NCBI GenBank assembly: GCA_964362195.1
Contig: CAYICZ010000003.1
Location: 1 to 53,284 of the forward strand
DNA length: 53,284 nucleotides
Direction: 5' to 3'
Source: an uncultured Gammaproteobacteria bacterium
Lineage (GTDB): Bacteria; Patescibacteriota; Microgenomatia; Daviesbacterales; UBA10151
In this document: piece after piece, positions 46,912 to 53,284 of the stretch
Layout of the letters: every line of letters begins with the position of its first letter
Position numbering within the stretch: position 1 is the first letter of the stretch
Notes under the pieces: model-generated
The model's database searches: none
What the model saw: only the letters and a program-made list of their open reading frames with translations
Told to the model about the DNA's origin: nothing
Program-made: the position numbers and the translations under genes

Positions 46912-48288
46912 ATGGTGGAAAGAGAACTTACTCTTATAAAACGCCCAGAGAGACCCTTAGAGAGGGAAGCAGATCTAGCTTTACACGCTAGTGCAGAAAG
47001 AGACTTCCTGCGAGCAATAGGTTTAGCACAAAGTAATTTAAGGGACTTACGAGAAACTACAGGAAGTTTGATACACATTTTACGATTCCAAGGTCAAACT
47101 GATATTGATGCGACACCTCTAAGGAAAACAATACAAGATTACATATTAAGAATGCATCCTTATGATCAACAAAGTTACGGAACACATGCTCTGGCGAGGG
47201 TTGAAATAGAGCTAGGTAATATTCCTGCAGCAAATGTAGCTTTAGAAGCTACTGGTGAAAATGACATAATCTCCCATTTGCGCCTAGATTTTGCTAGAGG
47301 ATATGCAAAGGCTGGGATTGATCCACAACCAATGTTAAATGTAGTGAAAGAAACAGCCGGTCGAGTACGCATCAAGAGAAATCCTGATGTGTTTGAAATT
47401 AGCACTGGTAAACAAATAGGTGATGTAACAGCACTTGCAGTGACTCATTTTCAACTTGGTCTAGATCCAACACCTTTCCTTACTCAAACAAGAGAATTGT
47501 TAGGATCTTCCCAATCATCTGAAAAAGATTATCATGTTGGTCAGTTAGCTAAAGCTTATGCTCTGTGTGGCGATTTTACTAATGCTTTAGCCTTGGTTGA
47601 CACAATTATCGCGAGGGATCCCAAAGCAACTAAAAAAAGAAGAATGGAAACTCGTTATGCTATTGCAAAAGAACAACTTAAACTCGGTGATATTGAAGGA
47701 GCATTAAATACTGCAGTACGTAGCAAAGATAATACACTTATGGGCGAGATCAATGCACGAGTTGCAATTTATAAGGCAGAAGGAGGGGAAGATCCAACAG
47801 AAGAAATAGACAGGACTTTATCTCGTATGGTAAATATAAAGAGTGCTTGGTCTCAAGGTCTACTTTATTCAATGTTAGGAAGGGCGAAAGCACTAGCCAA
47901 GGAGGATCCCAAAGGCATGTTTGTAATGGCAATGGAAAAAGCATTAAGTCTTGAAGTATCTGAAGACCCAATGGCAGACCTTTTTGAAAGATTTACAGAA
48001 GATGTGGATGCAAGTGGATTTGACGCAACGCCAGTGTTTAAAATAGCTTTAGAATGGGCAGACAGAGCCTTAGAAGAAAAGTTGCCCTCTTATGATATAG
48101 GAACCCCTGATATGTACCAAGGTATGGCTACAGAAGCTATTATTCACCAGCAGATTAAACTTGGATATCTTGAGATGGCAGAGCAAACACTCTCAAGGAT
48201 GGAAAATGATCCGTCAGTAGATATATTTTATATAGACTTATTAGCAGAACTTGCTCATGCAAAAGCAATAAAAGCTGCAGCTGCCTAA
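46912..48288 (+). CDS. Alpha-helical repeat (TPR-like) protein
   Basis: Ala/Leu-rich helices; LAKAYALCGDFTNAL and GDIEGAL TPR-like segments; recurring G-x-D-P/A-x-P turns. Confidence 0.6.
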   Translation: MVERELTLIKRPERPLEREADLALHASAERDFLRAIGLAQSNLRDLRETTGSLIHILRFQGQTDIDATPLRKTIQDYILRMHPYDQQSYGTHALARVEIELGNIPAANVALEATGENDIISHLRLDFARGYAKAGIDPQPMLNVVKETAGRVRIKRNPDVFEISTGKQIGDVTALAVTHFQLGLDPTPFLTQTRELLGSSQSSEKDYHVGQLAKAYALCGDFTNALALVDTIIARDPKATKKRRMETRYAIAKEQLKLGDIEGALNTAVRSKDNTLMGEINARVAIYKAEGGEDPTEEIDRTLSRMVNIKSAWSQGLLYSMLGRAKALAKEDPKGMFVMAMEKALSLEVSEDPMADLFERFTEDVDASGFDATPVFKIALEWADRALEEKLPSYDIGTPDMYQGMATEAIIHQQIKLGYLEMAEQTLSRMENDPSVDIFYIDLLAELAHAKAIKAAAA

Positions 48289-48290
48289 CT

Positions 48291-48318
48291 AACCCCTACA
48301 CCCTGTACCCTAAACCCT
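48291..48318. repeat. Degenerate 7-bp tandem repeat (NNACCCT-type, 4 units)
   Basis: AACCCCT ACACCCT GTACCCT AAACCCT, immediately before TATAAT (48321-26). Confidence 0.65.
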
Positions 48319-48332
48319 AGTATAATGTATCC

Positions 48333-48917
48333 ATGGCCAAAAAATTGCCCAAACTTGGTATCCATCTAAATCTATTAAAACCGCAGAGTAATCCGGAGAA
48401 AATCTTTGTCAAACTAGTCAAATGGCTTCTTTCAACCGGCCGTTATATTTTTATATTCGTTGAAGGAGTGGTACTTATAGCGTTTATTTCCAGGTTCAAA
48501 CTGGATGCTGATATAGCCTCAAAAAAAGAAGCAATAGACCAACAAATTCCATATATTGAAAGTCTGAAATCGTACGAAGTTTTAATAAGACAAACCCAGC
48601 TTAAACTTTCAACAATTGATTCCACAAAAATTAGCTCGCTAAATTATGCAGATATATTAAAAAAAATTGCCAACCAAACTCCAGGTGGCGTAAAAATTAT
48701 TAGTATAAATTTACAAAAAAAAGATGTTAGTCAAGTAACAATTCAGCTAAGCGGACAATCTCAAAATAACAATGATTTGTCTATTTTTACATCTGGTTTA
48801 AAACAAGATCAAAATTTTTCTGATGTGAATATTTCCAGTATTGGACTTGAAAAAGGATTGATAAATTTTTCAATAAATGCTTCATTTAAACAAACTGCAG
48901 GGGAGGTAAGTTCATGA
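48333..48917 (+). CDS. pilN: Type IV pilus assembly protein PilN-like
   Basis: HLNLLKP motif, a TM, a coiled coil, then a ferredoxin-like domain (QTPGGVKIISI...LSG). Confidence 0.75.
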   Translation: MAKKLPKLGIHLNLLKPQSNPEKIFVKLVKWLLSTGRYIFIFVEGVVLIAFISRFKLDADIASKKEAIDQQIPYIESLKSYEVLIRQTQLKLSTIDSTKISSLNYADILKKIANQTPGGVKIISINLQKKDVSQVTIQLSGQSQNNNDLSIFTSGLKQDQNFSDVNISSIGLEKGLINFSINASFKQTAGEVSS

Positions 48918-49519
48918 AACCAAACTCCTCAATTTATTCAAGATATTTCACCTATATTAAACCTGTTACCAGACTGCCTATTGTTAAAACCTACGGTTCA
49001 ACAATATTTACACTAATAATTATTATTATTTTTATATTCTTTGCAATAAAACCCACTGTTGAAACTATCCTGGTATTACAAAAAAAGTTAACTGAAACAT
49101 CAGATGTTTTGGATAAGGTTAATAAAAAAGCAAATGATCTATCTTTAGGTAAACAAAATTTTGACAATCTGGATCCTACTATCAAGAGTAAACTCACTCA
49201 GGCTATTCCTGACACTGTAACGCTTAAATCAATTACTCAAGCCTTAGAACAAACAGCCAAATTACATGAGGCATCTGTTTCAGCATTGCAAATCCAACCA
49301 ATTGTAATAAATACTAAATCAGAAAATTCTGCGGGGACACTTGCTGAAATTGATTTTACTTTTAACATAGAAGGCGAATATGAAAATTTAATTGCACTCT
49401 TGCAAGATTTAAAGTCAAGTAGTAGGTTAATCTCAATAGATAGTCTATCCTTATCAAAACTAACAGAAGGATCAGGGTTAATTATGTCTATAACAGGAAA
49501 GGGATATTATATTAAATGA
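48914..49519 (+). CDS. pilO: Type IV pilus assembly protein PilO-like
   Basis: TM FTLIIIIIFIFFAIKP, a coiled coil, IEGEYENLIALLQDLKSSSRLISIDSL. Confidence 0.8.
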   Translation: MKPNSSIYSRYFTYIKPVTRLPIVKTYGSTIFTLIIIIIFIFFAIKPTVETILVLQKKLTETSDVLDKVNKKANDLSLGKQNFDNLDPTIKSKLTQAIPDTVTLKSITQALEQTAKLHEASVSALQIQPIVINTKSENSAGTLAEIDFTFNIEGEYENLIALLQDLKSSSRLISIDSLSLSKLTEGSGLIMSITGKGYYIK

Positions 49520-49686
49520 CCAGAAAGGAATGGTTGATTGCCGCAATTTTAACTTTTGTTACTATTTGTGCTTGGGTAATATTTGACATATTACATACCA
49601 GAGCACAAGTGGAAATATCACCCAAACTACAAGAAATCATAGAACCCATCAACCCTGATTTCAACACTAAAAGTCTATCTCAATGA
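49516..49686 (+). CDS. Small single-TM protein (56 aa) in the pilNO operon
   Basis: Below the track cut-off. MTRKEWLIAAILTFVTICAWVIFDILH...EPINPDFNTKSLSQ*; ATGA overlaps at both ends. Confidence 0.75.
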   Translation: MTRKEWLIAAILTFVTICAWVIFDILHTRAQVEISPKLQEIIEPINPDFNTKSLSQ

Positions 49687-50567
49687 AAACATTAACTAAA
49701 TTCAAAATACCTACCCTTTTAGGATTAGGTATTATTTTTATAGGTATAGGTGTGGGTGTATTTTTAGTTTTAAGAGAGCAGACTTTTTTTACATCTGCTG
49801 CTCAGAGTACAAAACCGGAGATTATCTATGATACCTCAAACGTTGAGGATTTATCTGTTGTGATTTCCTGGAAAACTTCAGTACCAGCCTTAGGATTTGT
49901 AACTTTTGGAATAAATGATGCTGGAGAACAAACAGCTCTTGATGATAGGGATTCTGTTCCTAAATCACATTTAATGCATTATGTCACAATTAAAAATCTG
50001 CTGCCTAAAACTGAATACCAGTATAGAATCGTTTCAGGCAATATTAAATCTGAAATCCGAAAATTTACTACTGCTTCCCAGACCACAAATCATAGTCAAT
50101 TTAGTCCGGTAATTGGTTCTGTTAGTCAAGACAATAAACCCATAGATGAGGGTATTGCATATGTAGCTATTCCGGGAGCAAACCTGCAATCTGCCCTGGT
50201 TAAAAATTTAGGAAACTTTTTAATCCCCCTCTCAAAACTAAAAGATATTAATGACAATACTGAAGCTAAAGTTACAATCATATCCGCAAAAGGTGAAGCC
50301 AGTGCAATATTCAATCTCAAATCAGATGGTGTTACTCTGCCTGTCTTAAAAATTGGCCAAAGCTTAGATTTAACTACACCTGTTTCCACTCCTACACCTT
50401 CTACTACTGCTGATTTAAAACTTTATGATTTAAATAATGACGGAAAAGTCAATACTGCTGATTATTCAATAGCTCAAAAAAATAAAGATAAAAAGATTAA
50501 TGGAGTTTTGATTGACGATAAATATTTAAAAGAATTAACCGGTATGATTAGTAACCAAAATCAATGA
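49683..50567 (+). CDS. Membrane-anchored fibronectin-type-III protein with a C-terminal dockerin/EF-hand-like loop
   Basis: TM, then SNVEDLSVVISWKT...HYVTIKNLLPKTEYQYRI (Fn3), then YDLNNDGKVNTADY. Confidence 0.75.
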   Translation: MKTLTKFKIPTLLGLGIIFIGIGVGVFLVLREQTFFTSAAQSTKPEIIYDTSNVEDLSVVISWKTSVPALGFVTFGINDAGEQTALDDRDSVPKSHLMHYVTIKNLLPKTEYQYRIVSGNIKSEIRKFTTASQTTNHSQFSPVIGSVSQDNKPIDEGIAYVAIPGANLQSALVKNLGNFLIPLSKLKDINDNTEAKVTIISAKGEASAIFNLKSDGVTLPVLKIGQSLDLTTPVSTPTPSTTADLKLYDLNNDGKVNTADYSIAQKNKDKKINGVLIDDKYLKELTGMISNQNQ

Positions 50568-51216
50568 ATTTGTTCACCAGCAAAAATTCTGCCTGTTCTT
50601 TTTCCAGTAACCCGCTTTTTAGCTTAAAATCTAAATCTAATATTTCCTGATAAAGTTTTGTAATTTTTTGAAGATCAAAATTTTTCCTCTGCCTTTCCAA
50701 TTTTTGTCTCACAAATTGAGGGGCAGTTTTTGGGGTAACAACTAAATTTCTAAGTAAATAAAAAATCATGGATAAAAAGTAAAAAATATCAAAATTGCCA
50801 TTCTTTAATTTTTTTATTTCTAAAAAAGCTTTTTCATCTCTACTTGCCAAATAATCTAAAAATGGAAAAACAGATACTTCTTTTGATTCCGGGAAAAATA
50901 AGATTTCTCCTTTTGTTTTTTTGACCCATTCCATGATAGGTTTTTTCTCGCCTACTGTATGATCGAACCAGAAGATAACTGAAGACTGAAGACTGAAGAC
51001 TGAAGACTCAAAAATAAAATCTTCAGAGGGATTTTCCAGAATAAATAATTTCTCCTCTGGGAGTAAAGAAGTAGTCATCAAAGAACCTAAAACTTCAGAG
51101 ATTGGCGAATTGCTTTCAAAAACCACCACATTATTAGTGTCAAATTTTTGCTTGAAAGCAGACAATTTGGATCTTGAATTATTTATTGCCGGGCCGTGCA
51201 GAAGAGCTAGATTCAT
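50548..51216 (-). CDS. DNA polymerase III delta-like (HolA-like), short
   Basis: N-terminal LLHG strand; C-terminal collar-like LYQEILDLDFKLKSG. Confidence 0.55.
   Translation of the reverse strand: MNLALLHGPAINNSRSKLSAFKQKFDTNNVVVFESNSPISEVLGSLMTTSLLPEEKLFILENPSEDFIFESSVFSLQSSVIFWFDHTVGEKKPIMEWVKKTKGEILFFPESKEVSVFPFLDYLASRDEKAFLEIKKLKNGNFDIFYFLSMIFYLLRNLVVTPKTAPQFVRQKLERQRKNFDLQKITKLYQEILDLDFKLKSGLLEKEQAEFLLVNKFIDFGY
50979..51006. repeat. Perfect tandem repeat (CTGAAGA)x4 inside the HolA-like gene
   Basis: Four exact 7-bp copies; translated as SSVFSLQSSV on the minus strand. Confidence 0.9.
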
Positions 51217-52369
51217 CTTTCAAAAATACATCTTTTACATAATTTTGTATAGTAGAGAAATCATCATCCTGGGATATTAAAACATATGCTCCTCCATAAT
51301 CAGTTGCAGGTGGATGATATAAAAGTAATTCATCCAAAACTAAGGACTTTGTTTCAGTTAATTTTTTAGATAATTTATAAAATTCAATTGCATCTTTTAC
51401 AGAAATATCCGTATCTATGCTTTTACCTAAAGCTTTAACTAAATCCGAAATTTTTTGCGGATTTGTTAAAGTCTCAAAGGAAAGTACTCTTTCTCTGATG
51501 GCTTTTATAACTGTTTCCTGCCTTTTTGATCTGGCAAAATCTGATGCTTCGCCTTTGGTTCCATGTCTGGACCTGACAAACTTTAATGCCGTTTCCCCAT
51601 CCATATGCACAACACCCTTATCAAAATGAATATGCTCATACCTGCAGGAAAAATATTTTGCTCCCATATCTTCCTGAGCTGAATCTGTGGCAATTTTACC
51701 ATCAGGGGATATAAACACTTTCATTTTTCCAGCAGGAATGTTTAATTTAGCAGCTTCCTCTTCACTAAAATCTTTTTCTTCTTCTGTATATCCACATAAA
51801 TCATTTTCTTTGCCGTCAATTGGGTAATTATAGTCATCAAATGTATTTGCAACTACTACATCAACTCCTCCTATTGCATCAAGTGCATTAATAAATCCTT
51901 GAAAATCAATTCTTAAGGCATATCTTAGCGGCAGTCCCACAATATTTCCCATTACAGTTTTTGTAAAGTTTAATCCATTGCCCCCATTTAGTCCTAATTG
52001 ATAAACAGTGTTCGTTTTTGATTTAAACTCAGGTATCCATAAATCCCTGGGGATTGAAATAAGATAAAGTTTATTTGTTTTTAGATTATACGAGGCAACC
52101 ATGATTGTATCAGTTAAGTTTGAACCATCATGTCCTCCTCCTGCTGTTCCTAAAAGCAGAACATTTACCATTCCATTGTTTGATCTAAGTCCGGTGCCGG
52201 AAAAAATGTAGCTTACAACTGAATCAGAGGATGATTTAGCGCTTAAAAACAAAGCAACAGAAAGTAAAATTCCAATTATTATTCCAACCGGCAGAAATTT
52301 TCTGATGATTTTTCTAACCCTTTTAAGTTTCGTGGGGTTTTGTTGGGAATTAAATTTTATTAGCTTCAC
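51179..52369 (-). CDS. LCP (LytR-CpsA-Psr) family protein
   Basis: TM, NVLLLG, TDTIMV, SIPRDL, ALKFVRSRH, SDFARSKRQ. Confidence 0.93.
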   Translation of the reverse strand: MKLIKFNSQQNPTKLKRVRKIIRKFLPVGIIIGILLSVALFLSAKSSSDSVVSYIFSGTGLRSNNGMVNVLLLGTAGGGHDGSNLTDTIMVASYNLKTNKLYLISIPRDLWIPEFKSKTNTVYQLGLNGGNGLNFTKTVMGNIVGLPLRYALRIDFQGFINALDAIGGVDVVVANTFDDYNYPIDGKENDLCGYTEEEKDFSEEEAAKLNIPAGKMKVFISPDGKIATDSAQEDMGAKYFSCRYEHIHFDKGVVHMDGETALKFVRSRHGTKGEASDFARSKRQETVIKAIRERVLSFETLTNPQKISDLVKALGKSIDTDISVKDAIEFYKLSKKLTETKSLVLDELLLYHPPATDYGGAYVLISQDDDFSTIQNYVKDVFLKDESSSSARPGNK

Positions 52370-53031
52370 AAAGTAGACTCCTTAACAATTTTGACAAATT
52401 CCTCCGCATTTAAAGAAGCTCCACCAATTAAAACTCCACTGATATTTTCCTGATTTATAAAGGATTTAATATTTTCTGAGGTAACACTTCCTCCATATAA
52501 AACCTCTAAGTCTTGATGTAATCCTTTTAAGACTTTGGCAACCTGATTTGCATTTTCCGGAGTATCAGGATTACCTGTTCCGATTGCAAAAACCGGCTCA
52601 TATGCAGCTAGTTTAACGCCTTCCGGCACAGGCGTATCAACACCTTGAACACAAACCAAAGGAGTTATGTTGTTTCTTAAGGCTTGTTCAACTTTTGCTG
52701 CAACCATCTCATCTGTTTCAGAAAAATTTTGTCTTCTTTCAGAATGACCAATAATAGAAAGTCCCACCAATTCTTTAATTAAACTGGCAGATTCTTCCCC
52801 GGTGTATGCCTCAACTCCAAAAGCAGATATATCCTGAGAGCCTACTAAAATAGGAAAACCTCCCACAGTCACTGCCTTTTTAACTTCAGACAAACAGCTA
52901 AATGTTGGACAAACAACCACCTTGAGGTTTTCTCTTTTTGGTATCTCAGGTCCAACCCGAGAAACCCATTCTAGGGCTTCAGTAATGGTCTTATTAGATT
53001 TCCAGTTAGCTATAATCCAGATTTTTTTCAT
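52366..53031 (-). CDS. tpiA: Triosephosphate isomerase
   Basis: IANWK, YTGE, GHSERR, AYEPVFAIGTG, YGGSV, IGGASL. Confidence 0.97.
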   Translation of the reverse strand: MKKIWIIANWKSNKTITEALEWVSRVGPEIPKRENLKVVVCPTFSCLSEVKKAVTVGGFPILVGSQDISAFGVEAYTGEESASLIKELVGLSIIGHSERRQNFSETDEMVAAKVEQALRNNITPLVCVQGVDTPVPEGVKLAAYEPVFAIGTGNPDTPENANQVAKVLKGLHQDLEVLYGGSVTSENIKSFINQENISGVLIGGASLNAEEFVKIVKESTL

Positions 53032-53282
53032 TTAAGAAGAGAAACTAAATCTGATTTGCTTGTAACACCGATTTTTCTGCCAACTTCTTTTCCGTCTTTT
53101 TCAATAACATATGTAGGAATGCTCATTACCCCATATTTGGAAGCTTTTTCCTGATTCTCATCCACATTAATTTTCTCAACTTCAATTTTACCAGCCAGTT
53201 CTGTTTATATTTATTATAAAACCGTGTTCATGATCCTGCAAGGTCCAAACCAAGGAGCCCAAAAATCCAGAAGTTTAACCAT
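53028..53282 (-). pseudogene. Thioredoxin with in-frame stops; probably sequence errors at the window or contig end
   Basis: [54 protein letters not shown]...; the frame is intact and the stop couples to tpiA (ATGA). Confidence 0.7.
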
Positions 53283-53284
53283 AG

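Noticed and set aside
1010-51629. Many 60-175 aa ORFs antisense or out of frame to long genes (e.g. 1681..1980, 9610..10137, 15052..15543, 22515..23075, 37777..38184, 43157..43573)
   Set aside because: They lie fully inside well-supported genes and have no motifs or start signals; they are shadow ORFs.
53200-53250. Stop-codon reassignment or DGR mutagenesis to explain the in-frame TAA codons
   Set aside because: TAA and TGA terminate many genes here, so the code is 11. DGRs mutate adenines and need an RT and a template repeat; the changes here are mainly G-to-T and neither component is seen.
1-53284. tRNA, rRNA, CRISPR array or IS element
   Set aside because: All intergenic gaps are short (up to about 125 nt); I saw no cloverleaf, repeat-spacer periodicity, transposase ORF or terminal inverted repeats by eye. 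tRNAscan-SE or Infernal would confirm.

Overview
This 53 kb window is gene-dense bacterial chromosome read in genetic code 11, mostly on the minus strand. Its compact gene forms (short IF2, AlaRS and HrcA), sortase, MltG/MurJ/LCP and PilN/PilO suggest a Patescibacteria (CPR) genome, probably of the Microgenomates group; this assignment is inference. The core backbone is rpoB-rpoC-rpsL-rpsG-fusA...tuf, then mltG-yqgF, alaS, tsaC, ftsK, rnj, pnp-rpsO, infB-nusA, hrcA-grpE-dnaK-dnaJ, lepA-murJ, rpsT, pilNO, holA-like, LCP and tpiA. Five toxin-antitoxin modules and several orphan genes interrupt it. I found no rRNA, tRNA, CRISPR array, transposase or prophage. Most notable: (1) a stand-alone GreA-type coiled-coil with an intact acidic tip, coupled to fusA inside the str operon; (2) a Lon AAA+ module lacking the protease domain and the pore-loop Tyr, coupled to RNase J; (3) a membrane protein that appears to fuse an FtsA/PilM-like domain to a baseplate-J-like domain, coupled to sortase-yqgF-mltG; (4) -10 hexamers 6-8 nt upstream of many start codons, suggesting leaderless mRNAs; (5) REP-like palindromes and 7-bp repeats inside coding sequences; (6) structured leaders on nusA and pnp, and a CIRCE; (7) two genes missed by the ORF track, one a frameshifted zinc-finger gene. 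Product calls rest on motif recognition only; no database search was run.
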